64,000 nt of DNA. It comes from an uncultured Spirochaetota bacterium (GTDB taxonomy: Bacteria; Spirochaetota; Brevinematia; Brevinematales; JAOACQ01). Shown here one piece after another: positions 38,154 through 47,814 of this stretch. Both the position numbers and the translations under genes were made by a program. The notes beneath the pieces are model-generated. The model saw only the letters and a list, made by a program, of their open reading frames with translations. It searched no databases and had not been told where the DNA came from. Positions within the stretch are counted from its first letter, which is position 1; each line of letters starts with the position of its first letter. The stretch covers positions 224,001-288,000 of the forward strand of contig CAVYGN010000002.1 in NCBI GenBank assembly GCA_963768055.1. Reading direction: 5' to 3'.

Positions 38154-39191
38154 ATGAAAATTTCTTCTTTAGCGGTCAACACGATAAGAACAATTATGAT
38201 AGACGTTCTTATAAGCGCATCGGTAAGTCTCTTCGTGCCTTTTTTTATCATGAGAAATCCCACCCTAAAAGTTTTTGCAGGGTCAGCTTGCATCGGCGCA
38301 TCATGCGCCCTGACCATTATCCTGATCTATACTGTGCTGACATCCAGGCGGATCCGCTGGTCAAATCTCTTTCTCGAACTTGTCGCCACCTCATTTTTAT
38401 ATGTTCTGGATCTGGCTTTTTTCACCTTTCTGTTTCTCTATATTTTCGATATGTTCGGAATTAAATCACAAACAGGCGGTAATCCTCTAAAACTTCTCCA
38501 AAATCCAATTTTTGTTTTAAGCATAATTGCAGGAGGTATTATAACCATATTATTTCTCTTTATGAACAATATCAACACAATGCTCGGCAGGGGGGTGCTG
38601 GGAAAGATCCTTACCGGGCGGTACCACCATCCGAAGGAGGAAGAGAGGATATTCATGTTCCTCGATATCGCCTCGTCGACATCCATTGCGGAAAGGATAG
38701 GCCATATGCGTTTTCTGTCCCTTCTCGACGACTTTTTCTTCGATATCGCCGAAGCCGCGCTCCATGCGCATGCCGAAATTTATAAATACGTAGGCGACGA
38801 GGCGATCCTTGTATGGAAAATGAAGGAGGGGATTAAAGACGCAAACTGCATAAACTGTTTTTTTTTGATGAAGGAAAATATTAAAAAAAATAAGAATAAA
38901 TATATCCGCAAATACGGGCTTGTCCCCAAATTCAAGGCGGGGCTCCATGGCGGCATGGCTGTCGTCGGGGAAATGGGGCTCATAAAAAGGGAGATCGCGT
39001 ATATAGGAGACGTCGTGAACACGGCGGCCCGGATAGAGGGGGAGTGCAATTCCTACGGTGAAACCCTCCTGATTTCGGGCGATATTTTCAGTAAGATAAA
39101 ACTTCCTGAATCGATTAATAAAAAAGATATAGGCAGGGTGAAACTTCGGGGAAAGGAGCAGGAAATAGAGCTTTTTGCATTATATTCTTGA
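38154..39191 (+). CDS. membrane-anchored class III adenylate/guanylate cyclase
   Basis: 4 TM helices, then MFLDIASST, YKYVGDE, GDVVNTAARIE, LRGK. Confidence 0.88.
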   Translation: MKISSLAVNTIRTIMIDVLISASVSLFVPFFIMRNPTLKVFAGSACIGASCALTIILIYTVLTSRRIRWSNLFLELVATSFLYVLDLAFFTFLFLYIFDMFGIKSQTGGNPLKLLQNPIFVLSIIAGGIITILFLFMNNINTMLGRGVLGKILTGRYHHPKEEERIFMFLDIASSTSIAERIGHMRFLSLLDDFFFDIAEAALHAHAEIYKYVGDEAILVWKMKEGIKDANCINCFFLMKENIKKNKNKYIRKYGLVPKFKAGLHGGMAVVGEMGLIKREIAYIGDVVNTAARIEGECNSYGETLLISGDIFSKIKLPESINKKDIGRVKLRGKEQEIELFALYS

Positions 39192-39215
39192 ATAATCAAA
39201 GGCTTCAGGAAGGCT

Positions 39216-40025
39216 TTAGATCTTTCGTTCCCGCCACCATGCTATTATGCTCAGAATGCCTACGGCGGCTGTGGGCAGGGCGATGCTTACAAGCCCGTAA
39301 CGCCTTGTCAGGTAGGCGCCGAACCCCGCTCCGATCATGAATCCCAGCAGGGGAAATCCCGATTTCCTTGCGTTGCGGGCGGCGTCATGCTTTATCTTAT
39401 CACGTTCTTTCCTGTCGGGGATTGACGGCGGAAATGCAAAATCGACGAAATCGATAGTGAACTGCGTAAGATTGCCGGTCATGATCGTAGTCTGTGAAAA
39501 GCTCCTGAGCGCGCCCCGCATCAAGGCGTTCTGAACCCCCATCGCGATAACGCCAAGACCTCCTATCACTGCGACCCCCCATGAACCCGGATTATTCGCA
39601 TATCGGTATAAATAAGTACCGGCCAGTGTGAAAAGGGCGAGCGCCAGGGTCATCAGGGAAAGCAGGGGAGCAACCGTTTTTGCGCCCCGCCGCTTGATCG
39701 CCCGCGCGAAAAGCGATACCGCCGCGACGGAAATCATAAAAATCGGGATCATAGCAAGGCGGACAACGGCCCCGCCGTTGAGCTTCTTCGCGAAGCTGAC
39801 AGCAGCTATTATCAGGTCGCCTGTCACATGCGCGGTAAAAAGTTCGAAAAGCGCGAGAAAGCCAGACGTATCTACAAATCCGGCAACCGTGCTCAATACC
39901 GTCGATCCGAAATATTCGCCCACAAGAACCTTCGGCACATGCTTTGCCGTCATGTAAATCGAATCCTGGCTCCGGTCTATAATAGAACCGGGCCTGTCAC
40001 TTATTCCTTTCTTCGATCTCGGCAT
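39216..40025 (-). CDS. YoaK/DUF1275 family membrane protein
   Basis: AGFVD..GF, FTAHVTG, AMGVQNA, TT.MTGN.T, F..GA..GA. Confidence 0.88.
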   Translation of the reverse strand: MPRSKKGISDRPGSIIDRSQDSIYMTAKHVPKVLVGEYFGSTVLSTVAGFVDTSGFLALFELFTAHVTGDLIIAAVSFAKKLNGGAVVRLAMIPIFMISVAAVSLFARAIKRRGAKTVAPLLSLMTLALALFTLAGTYLYRYANNPGSWGVAVIGGLGVIAMGVQNALMRGALRSFSQTTIMTGNLTQFTIDFVDFAFPPSIPDRKERDKIKHDAARNARKSGFPLLGFMIGAGFGAYLTRRYGLVSIALPTAAVGILSIIAWWRERKI

Positions 40026-40129
40026 ATATTATAGAAACTCCTATCCAATGTATCCGGCGACCCCCCAGAACTGGAGCTTCAGGCGGTTTATATCTAATAT
40101 AAGAATAAATAATAGAGTATATACTTATT

Positions 40130-40628
40130 CTATAATATATAGCCTGTTGTAATTCCTATACCTAAATTAAAAGGGGTAAAACCATTGCCGAAATCCATAT
40201 AACAATTCAAACCGACATTAAACCTATCGATTGTAAACCCGATTTCAGGACAAACTCGAAAAGTTAAATCCAATTCCCGGAAATCAGTCTGGAATGTATT
40301 TTCATAGATACAGTAATCATTTAAGCAAAATTTACCGGCTCCTTTAAAATAAAAATAATCATTGACATAAAATGTTAAAGCCAATCCGGTAAGAAATTTT
40401 GCTTCGTAACTCAATGTCCCATAATAATCTCCGACTTTATCGATGGTTTCACCGCCGGGCGTATATCCTAATTGAATCGGCAGACTGAGAATAAGACGAA
40501 ACGGCAGCCGGTACGGCGACAGAGGACACGATGAGATCGCCCGGAGGTTCGTTTAACCCGATAATAAGCGAACATGAAGAAGCGACTATAATAGCGGCAA
40601 TTGCAGCCAAATATTTTAGGCCTTTCAT
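40130..40628 (-). pseudogene. frameshifted exported lipoprotein / beta-strand-rich protein
   Basis: GGAGG-ATG at 40628 gives MKGLKYLAAIAAIIVASSC (lipobox) and stops after ...IRIYARR. The adjacent frame continues GGETIDKVGDYYGTLSYEAK...GITTGYIL*. The 499-nt span is one base out of frame. Confidence 0.65.
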
Positions 40629-40762
40629 ACCGGCCTCCGCAACTTAACAGATTATATATTAAATAAAATAATTACTCAATTTTGGACAATTCTATTGTAG
40701 CTAATTGCAATTTAAAAATCTCCGATTTACAATAATTAATATCGCTCAATTCGGGAGGCAAT

Positions 40763-42136
40763 ATGGCTGTAAAGACTTTTCGAACCGCCCTGGCGGTTTT
40801 AATATTTTTATTTTCAGCAAGCGCAGTTATCAGGGCGTCTGAACTGGATAAGGAATTTATCACTGCTATCACAAACGGTGACATCAGCCAGGTCAAACAG
40901 CTGCTTAACGGCTGGAGAGATGTGAACGCCAGGGACAGCAAGGGGCTTACGCCACTTATGTACGCTGCAGGGAGGCGCCAGGCTGAAATTGCCAGGCTCC
41001 TCATCGATAAAGGCGCTAACATCAACGCTCAAAGCTCCGGCAACGATACCGTGCTGATATGGGCAGTTCGGGGCGGAGATCCAGGACTTGTGAAGGATCT
41101 CATCGAAAAGGGCGCGGATATAAATGCGAAGAACAAGGGCGGCAGGAACTCGCTCATGATAGCGTCGCTCTGGGGGTACACCGAGATTGCCGGAATCCTT
41201 CTCGATAAAGGGGCGGATATCAACGCCCATGAGAGAGACGGTTTTACGGCCCTTATGCTGGCTTCAACAAACGGCCAGGCTGAAACCGTGAACCTTCTTA
41301 TCGTTAAAGGGGCCGATTTAAACGCCAGGGAAACGGAGGGAAGAACGGCGCTGATGCTTACTTCCATGACCGGCTACACCAATGTTGCCGGCATTCTCTG
41401 CGCTAACGGCGCCGACGCCAAAACGGGCAATAAATACGGGACGACAGCCGTCATGTACGCATCCGTCAACGGACAGAATGAAATAATAAAAATACTCCTT
41501 AAATACGGCGCCGATATAAATGCCAGGGACAACGAGGGCGAAACCCCCGTTATCTTCGCGTCATTCAGCGGACAGACGGAAACCGTAAAACTGCTTCTTG
41601 AAAACGGCGCCGATCCGGGGACAAGGGATAAAAAGGGACAGACAGCCCTTGAAATTGCGAAGGTCAAAAAATATCTCGATATTGCAAAGATCCTGTCCGA
41701 AAAGATTTCTGCGGAAACCGAACAAAATACGATAAGGATTGCCGTTTTCGACCTGGAATCTAAATCGAAGGAAATATCCAAAGACGAGATCGAAACGCTT
41801 TCCGATTATATAAGATCGACTTTTATAAATACAGGCGTTTTTACCGTTGTTTCAAGGGAGGAGCTGGGCAAAACCATTGAAGAGTCAAGGCTTCAGATGA
41901 CCGGGCTGACCGAGGAATCGAATGCAATAAAAGTAGGAAAGATACTTAACGTCAGGAAAACGGTCCTGGGAACTATCGGTAAATTCGGCAAGAATTATAT
42001 CATCAATATAAAGCTCCTCGACCTTGAAACCGGCAAGTACGTTTCCGCCGAATCTATTGAAGCGGCAACAAAAGAAGAGTCTCTGAGGCTTATAAAACAA
42101 AAAGTCACAGAAATGGCGAATAAAGTCGCCGAATAG
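40763..42136 (+). CDS. exported ankyrin-repeat protein with C-terminal CsgG/FlgO-like domain
   Basis: Signal peptide, ~8 G.T.LM.A...G......LL..GADINA repeats, then IAVFDL...VVSREEL...KVGKILNV...GTIGK.G. Confidence 0.9.
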   Translation: MAVKTFRTALAVLIFLFSASAVIRASELDKEFITAITNGDISQVKQLLNGWRDVNARDSKGLTPLMYAAGRRQAEIARLLIDKGANINAQSSGNDTVLIWAVRGGDPGLVKDLIEKGADINAKNKGGRNSLMIASLWGYTEIAGILLDKGADINAHERDGFTALMLASTNGQAETVNLLIVKGADLNARETEGRTALMLTSMTGYTNVAGILCANGADAKTGNKYGTTAVMYASVNGQNEIIKILLKYGADINARDNEGETPVIFASFSGQTETVKLLLENGADPGTRDKKGQTALEIAKVKKYLDIAKILSEKISAETEQNTIRIAVFDLESKSKEISKDEIETLSDYIRSTFINTGVFTVVSREELGKTIEESRLQMTGLTEESNAIKVGKILNVRKTVLGTIGKFGKNYIINIKLLDLETGKYVSAESIEAATKEESLRLIKQKVTEMANKVAE

Positions 42137-42146
42137 GAGTTTATTC

Positions 42147-42692
42147 ATGCTAACAAAAGCCGTCTATGAAAAATTCAAATCAAGGGCGCTCCTGTACCTG
42201 AAAAAAGCCCGCATCGCCGTGACTCCCGCTGAAGCCGGCGAAATAGAAGTGGCCGAGTACAACCTGGGGATGCCCGAAAGCATAGGGCTTGAACTTATAG
42301 TATATGTCAATACCGACCGGTGCTGCGCCAAGGAATTGATACTCTTTCCGGGGCAGACCTGCCCCGAGCACCGCCACCCGCCTATGGAAAACGGCCCCGG
42401 CAAAGAAGAAACTTTCCGCTGCAGGTGGGGCGAGGTTTACCTGTATATAAACGGAGAAGCAGGCAAAAAGATCAAGGCGATACTTCCGGAGGGAAAAGAG
42501 AAATTTTTCACGGCAAGGCATGAGATCGTCCTCAGGCCTGGCAGCCAGTTTACGATCCCCCCCGATACCCTTCACTGGTTTCAGGCCGGTCCTGAAGGGG
42601 CTATTATCTCAGAATTTTCCACGAAAAGCAGGGATTATGCAGACATCTATACAGACCCGGCGATTAACGCGGCAGAGCCGCGTCATATTTAG
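42147..42692 (+). CDS. D-lyxose/D-mannose family ketol-isomerase (cupin)
   Basis: YVNTDRCCAKEL, QTCPEHRHP, GKEETFRCRWG, HWFQAG, SEFST.S.D. Confidence 0.88.
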   Translation: MLTKAVYEKFKSRALLYLKKARIAVTPAEAGEIEVAEYNLGMPESIGLELIVYVNTDRCCAKELILFPGQTCPEHRHPPMENGPGKEETFRCRWGEVYLYINGEAGKKIKAILPEGKEKFFTARHEIVLRPGSQFTIPPDTLHWFQAGPEGAIISEFSTKSRDYADIYTDPAINAAEPRHI

Positions 42693-42701
42693 GAAATCCA
42701 G

Positions 42702-43664
42702 ATGTTCGATGTGACATCCCTCGGAGAGATATTGATAGATTTCACTCCCGCAGGAAATTCAAAAAACGGGAACCTGCTGTTCGAAAGAAACCCGGGCGGG
42801 GCGCCGGCCAACATCGCCGTAAGCATCTCAAGGCTCGGCGGAAGCGCTTCCTTTATAGGGAAAGCGGGCGACGATATTTTCGGGCGGTTCCTTAAAAGGA
42901 CGCTCCGTGAAGAGCATGTCGACGATTCCGGCCTTATACTGACTAAAGAATCCGGTACAACCCTGGCGTTCGTCGAACTCAAGGATAACGGCGATAGGGA
43001 TTTCAGTTTCTACAGAAATAACAGCGCCGACACGCTATTAAAACCTTCCGAAGTGAGGTTCGATCTTGTTAAAAATTCCCGTTTTTTTCATTTTGGTTCA
43101 CTGTCTCTAACCAGCAGCAGTTCCAGGAAGGCGACAATGGCCGCTATAAAAACGGCCTTAGCATCCAAGGTGAATATATCTTATGACCCTAACCTCCGTA
43201 AACCCCTATGGAAAAACCTCGATGAAGCGAGAAAATCCATTCTCTCGGTCATGCATTACGCTTCTATTGTAAAAGTTTCCGATGAAGAGCTTTTTTTTAT
43301 TACCGGCGAAAATGATATAGACAAGGGCGCGGAAAATATCATAAAAAGATTCGGTATGCCCATACTCCTCGTAACCAGGGGAAAGCAAGGCGCAAGCTCG
43401 TATTTTTGCGGAAAGGTGATCCGCCGGGACGCTTTTTCAGGCGTAAAAGTCCTTGACACTACCGGGGCCGGCGACGCTTTTTTCGGGGCTTTCCTGTATT
43501 CCATTTTGCATGAAGCCTGCATGGACATACATTATCCCATCGAAGCAGGGGTTGAGCTCTGCATGCGTTTTGCAAGCGCTGCGGCGGCGATCTGCGTGTC
43601 CCGCAAGGGTGCCATACCCTCCCTGCCGGACCGCGGCGAGGTGTTGGCGCTGCTCAATGATTGA
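42702..43664 (+). CDS. PfkB family carbohydrate kinase (fructokinase-like)
   Basis: GEILIDF, PGGAPAN.A, YDPNLR..LW, KVSDEEL, DTTGAGDAF. Confidence 0.92.
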   Translation: MFDVTSLGEILIDFTPAGNSKNGNLLFERNPGGAPANIAVSISRLGGSASFIGKAGDDIFGRFLKRTLREEHVDDSGLILTKESGTTLAFVELKDNGDRDFSFYRNNSADTLLKPSEVRFDLVKNSRFFHFGSLSLTSSSSRKATMAAIKTALASKVNISYDPNLRKPLWKNLDEARKSILSVMHYASIVKVSDEELFFITGENDIDKGAENIIKRFGMPILLVTRGKQGASSYFCGKVIRRDAFSGVKVLDTTGAGDAFFGAFLYSILHEACMDIHYPIEAGVELCMRFASAAAAICVSRKGAIPSLPDRGEVLALLND

Positions 43665-43749
43665 CAATTGCAGGCTTCAAAATTATAATTCTTAGCTTTT
43701 AAGATATAACGAAAACGGACTACAATTTTATTGTTGACGGAGGCTGTTC

Positions 43750-46407
43750 GTGAAGGATGATCGCAAAAACCGTTCAGGAAAAAATGAAGAATATTCAAAA
43801 AAGCTTATTGAAATCTGCCGGTTAAGCGAGGAAGAGGCCCTTAAAAAAATGAAAAGCCGTATTCAGGGCCTTACTTCCGCCGAGGCTGAAGAACGCCTTA
43901 AAACATTCGGCAGTAATATACTCCAGAAAGAAAAAAAGATAAATTTTTTACTTGACCTGATTTTAAGGTTCAAAGACCCTCTTGTAATACTGCTTGTAAT
44001 TATCTGTGTCGCCCTCGCCTGGACCAGCGACCCTGGAGATCCGAGCCCCTACATAGTCGGTGGTATGATATTTATTAGCGTTTTTATCGCTTTTTTCCAG
44101 GAGAGGCGTTCGGGCAGGGCTGTCGAAGCACTGAAAAACATGATAAAGACGAATGTTTTAGTCCTTCGGAACGGCAAGGAGGAAACAGTACCTATAGCAG
44201 AAATTGCAGTCGGCGACATAGTTATCCTTAACGCCGGTTCTATAATCCCCGCCGATGTCAGGGTTATTACGGCAAAGGATTTTTTCTTAAGCCAGTCGGT
44301 CCTCACCGGCGAATCCATGCCCGTAGAGAAATTTTCAATTCCACAATCACAATCCGTTAAAGAGGCTATCGAACTTTCCAACGCCTGTTTCGAGGGCAGT
44401 AATGTGGTAAGCGGTTCAGCAAAGGCTGTAGTAGTCAATACCGGTGCAGGGACCATGCTCGGGGCGGTTTCAGGCGCCCTGGCAGGAGAGAAGGGAGTAA
44501 CCGGTTTTGACAAGGGAGTCCATTCCTTCGTATGGCTGATGATAAGATTCATGGTGGTAATGGTGAGCGCAGTTTTCCTGATCGTCGGCTTTACAAAACA
44601 CAATTGGACGCAGGCTTTTATTTACGGATTAGCGGTCGCAGTCGGCCTTACCCCTGAAATGCTGCCCATGATAGTGACCGTCTGTTTGTCAAAGGGCGCT
44701 ATAGCCATGTCTCATAAGAAGGTTATCATAAAAAAGCTCAAGGCTATCCAGAATTTCGGCGCCATGGATATTCTCTGCACGGACAAGACCGGCACCCTGA
44801 CACAGGACAATATAGTTCTTGAAAAATACGTGGATATTACCAATAAAAAAAGCGACGACGTTATAACATATGCATATATGAACAGCTACTACCAGACCGG
44901 CCTTCGCAACCTCATGGACAGGGCTATCCTTTCACATGAGGACCTTGAAGTGGAAAGGAGCGCGAAGAAGCTCGACGAGATCCCCTTCGATTTCATAAGG
45001 AAAAGGATGTCGGTCATTATCGAATGGGAGGACGCTCCTGTCCTCATCTGCAAGGGGGCGGTGGAGGACGTTTACAACGTCTGTTCCAGCTACCAGGTCG
45101 ACGACGATATATACCCGCTTATAGATATGATCAGGAACGATCTTTTCGATGAATACAGGCATCTTTCGCTTGACGGGTACAGGGTTCTTGCCATAGCATA
45201 CAAGGAATTTCCGAAGGGCAGGGAGAATTATTCGGCCCAGGATGAAAAGAATATGGTCCTTTTAGGTTACGTGGCGTTTTTCGACCCTCCGAAGGATTCC
45301 GCAGCCAGAGCCATCGAGGCCCTTGCAGCCTCAGGCGTTGATGTTAAAATCCTTACGGGGGATAACGAACTTGTCACACAAAAGGTTTGCTGCGATGTAG
45401 GGCTCCAGATTAGAAATATCGTTACCGGCCCGGCACTTTCAGGAATGGACGAAAAGGCGTTTAAAGAAGCCGTAACCGATGGAAATGTTTTCGCAAGACT
45501 TTCCCCGGCCCAGAAAGAGAAGATCATAAAAGTCCTTCGCGGTATGAACCACATTGTGGGCTTCATGGGGGACGGGATCAACGATGCGCCGGCTATGAAA
45601 GCCGCCGATGTAGGCATTTCAGTGGATACGGCGGTGGATATAGCCAAGGAATCTGCCGATATAATCCTGCTCGAAAAAAGCCTGATGATCCTGGAAGAGG
45701 GGATTAAAGAGGGCCGCAAGGTCTTCGCAAATATTATCAAGTATATAAAAATGGGAGCCAGTTCCAACTTCGGCAACATGTTCAGCCAGGTCGGGGGCAG
45801 CTATTTCCTCCCCTTCATACCTATGGAACCTATTCAGCTGCTGACGAATAATTTTATGTACGACATTTCCCAGACAGGGATCCCCCTTGACAATGTAGAC
45901 GATGAATTCGTTAAAAAACCTCAGAAATGGGATATTTCATTCATAAGCAAATTCATGCTGTTCGTCGGCCCTACGAGTTCCTTTTTCGATTATGCAACAT
46001 GGTTTTTGATGCTCTATTTCTTTAACTGCGCGCTTTTCACGGTCATTCCCTACGAACAGCTTTACCATTCAGGGGGTTTGCCCGATATTAACTCATATTA
46101 CGTTAAAGTTTTTCATTCGGCCTGGTTCGTTGAATCGATACTTACCCAGACACTGGTCGTTCATTTCCTGCGGACGAACAGGATACCTTTTTTCCAGAGC
46201 AGGGCAAGCTTTACACTTACAATAACTACCCTCGCCGTGGTCGCCGCCGGCATATGCCTGCCTTATTCCCCTATCGCATCAGTATTCGGGCTTGTTCCAC
46301 TGCCCCCGCTATTCTGGCTCTGGATAGCAGGCTTCATGTTCCTTTACGCCATACTGGTCCACACGATAAAAACCTGGTTCAATAAAAGATTCGGAGCGAA
46401 AGCATGA
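43750..46407 (+). CDS. mgtA: magnesium-translocating P-type ATPase
   Basis: LTGES.PVEK, AVGLTPEMLPM, DKTGTLTQD, PFDF.RKRMS, GDGINDAP, KM.ASSNFGN. Confidence 0.95.
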   Translation: MKDDRKNRSGKNEEYSKKLIEICRLSEEEALKKMKSRIQGLTSAEAEERLKTFGSNILQKEKKINFLLDLILRFKDPLVILLVIICVALAWTSDPGDPSPYIVGGMIFISVFIAFFQERRSGRAVEALKNMIKTNVLVLRNGKEETVPIAEIAVGDIVILNAGSIIPADVRVITAKDFFLSQSVLTGESMPVEKFSIPQSQSVKEAIELSNACFEGSNVVSGSAKAVVVNTGAGTMLGAVSGALAGEKGVTGFDKGVHSFVWLMIRFMVVMVSAVFLIVGFTKHNWTQAFIYGLAVAVGLTPEMLPMIVTVCLSKGAIAMSHKKVIIKKLKAIQNFGAMDILCTDKTGTLTQDNIVLEKYVDITNKKSDDVITYAYMNSYYQTGLRNLMDRAILSHEDLEVERSAKKLDEIPFDFIRKRMSVIIEWEDAPVLICKGAVEDVYNVCSSYQVDDDIYPLIDMIRNDLFDEYRHLSLDGYRVLAIAYKEFPKGRENYSAQDEKNMVLLGYVAFFDPPKDSAARAIEALAASGVDVKILTGDNELVTQKVCCDVGLQIRNIVTGPALSGMDEKAFKEAVTDGNVFARLSPAQKEKIIKVLRGMNHIVGFMGDGINDAPAMKAADVGISVDTAVDIAKESADIILLEKSLMILEEGIKEGRKVFANIIKYIKMGASSNFGNMFSQVGGSYFLPFIPMEPIQLLTNNFMYDISQTGIPLDNVDDEFVKKPQKWDISFISKFMLFVGPTSSFFDYATWFLMLYFFNCALFTVIPYEQLYHSGGLPDINSYYVKVFHSAWFVESILTQTLVVHFLRTNRIPFFQSRASFTLTITTLAVVAAGICLPYSPIASVFGLVPLPPLFWLWIAGFMFLYAILVHTIKTWFNKRFGAKA

Positions 46408-47195
46408 AAAGTCTATTAAACGCTTTACAGGAAGGCAGGCTTGTCGAACTTCCCGTGAACGAAAAGGATAAGGCCCTCGAGTACCTCGCTATCCTTATAG
46501 AGGCCATACCCGACATCGGAAGCGGTCAGGATCTGGTCGGGGATGTTAAAAAAAGGGAAGCGGGTTTTAACTCCGGGATAGGAATGGGGATAGCATGCCC
46601 TCACATCAGGACGGCACAGAAGGGCGAAATGTTATGCGCTGTGGGCTGGTCGCCAAAGGGAATAGATTACGGTTCAGCGGATGGTAAACCTGTCCACCTT
46701 GTGATAATGTATTATATACCGGATTCTGAAAAGAACGAATACCTGAAAGAGGTATCGGGGCTTGCCAAGGCAGTAAGTTCAAGCCCCGGAATAGAAATGT
46801 TCGCAAGTATGACCGAAGTTTCAGACATCAGGAATATGCTCCTGGACTGGGTGGAACTTGCGTTCGATAAAGCTGTCCCGGACTCGAAAGCAAGGATGAT
46901 CAAGCTTGAGGAAAAGAGCGCTGCAGCCGCGAAAGTCACTTCAGCGGAGGAATTAAAAAAGACCGGTTTCGATGTTAATTCTTTTTCCGTTGTTTTATTC
47001 GAGACCTCAAAAAGCCTTGTTTTATCGGGAAATCCTGAAATCGTCAATATCTTCGAATCTTCGGCGGAAGCCCGGAAATTGCTCGAAGAAAGTACGGATT
47101 TTGAATTCAAGGATTACAGGATATCGGTCCTTTCAAAGGTAAATTACCCGAAAAACCGGGCCCTGTTGAATTGTGTCGGGATAAAATTCAAGTAA
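46404..47195 (+). CDS. PTS EIIA (fructose/Ntr-type) domain protein with C-terminal extension
   Basis: RE....SGIG.GIACPH.R, GIDY...DG.PV; ATGA overlap with mgtA. Confidence 0.8.
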   Translation: MKSLLNALQEGRLVELPVNEKDKALEYLAILIEAIPDIGSGQDLVGDVKKREAGFNSGIGMGIACPHIRTAQKGEMLCAVGWSPKGIDYGSADGKPVHLVIMYYIPDSEKNEYLKEVSGLAKAVSSSPGIEMFASMTEVSDIRNMLLDWVELAFDKAVPDSKARMIKLEEKSAAAAKVTSAEELKKTGFDVNSFSVVLFETSKSLVLSGNPEIVNIFESSAEARKLLEESTDFEFKDYRISVLSKVNYPKNRALLNCVGIKFK

Positions 47196-47202
47196 GAAAT
47201 GA

Positions 47203-47811
47203 TCAGACTTCCTCATCGGGACTGTTAAGCTTATCCTTTCCGTTCCCGTCAGGGGGTTTTACTACGGGAACTTCGACTACGACCGAACCGCTGAAGAAAT
47301 CATGGATACGCTGCTGATAGACCGGGTTGAAAACAACGATCTGAAGGATATAAAAAGCCATTTCCGTAAGGTAAATGATGACATAACGCACGATCCCCTG
47401 CAGGATCGATAATCTTTTCCTTTGAAGATTCATAACAAAGATCTTCATGATCCTTCCGCCGATAGTCTGGCCGCTTGCCCTCCAGGAAAGTGCAAAATAA
47501 GAGGTCTCGATTACCAGCCTGGCAATAATAAACTGGAAAATGTGTGAATTGACAAAATAATTAATCGACTGCGTCAGGGTATCCAGCGAACCGTCGGTAA
47601 GTTTGGATAAATCTTTACCCGCCGCAGAGTTCATGATCAGGAAAAGCTCCCTGTGATAGACCGTCATTATGAAAATAAAGAGGATCAAAAATAATATAGC
47701 CCTATCGATTATATAAGACAGCACCCTTTTCCAGGGCGGGGCAAACCTTAGCGCTATGGGAGGGGTGTTTTCCGCCGCTGCGCTGGTTTCTTCCTGTCCG
47801 TTTATTTTCAT
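47203..47811 (-). CDS. RDD family membrane protein
   Basis: A.PWKR..SYIID, GQTIG..IMKI, Q.IHD..SGS.VV. Confidence 0.88.
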   Translation of the reverse strand: MKINGQEETSAAAENTPPIALRFAPPWKRVLSYIIDRAILFLILFIFIMTVYHRELFLIMNSAAGKDLSKLTDGSLDTLTQSINYFVNSHIFQFIIARLVIETSYFALSWRASGQTIGGRIMKIFVMNLQRKRLSILQGIVRYVIIYLTEMAFYILQIVVFNPVYQQRIHDFFSGSVVVEVPVVKPPDGNGKDKLNSPDEEV

Positions 47812-47814
47812 AAT

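Noticed and set aside
40026..40129. Riboswitch upstream of the DUF1275 gene
   Set aside because: Only a small GC hairpin; lacks fluoride, guanidine, yybP or ZTP consensus nucleotides.
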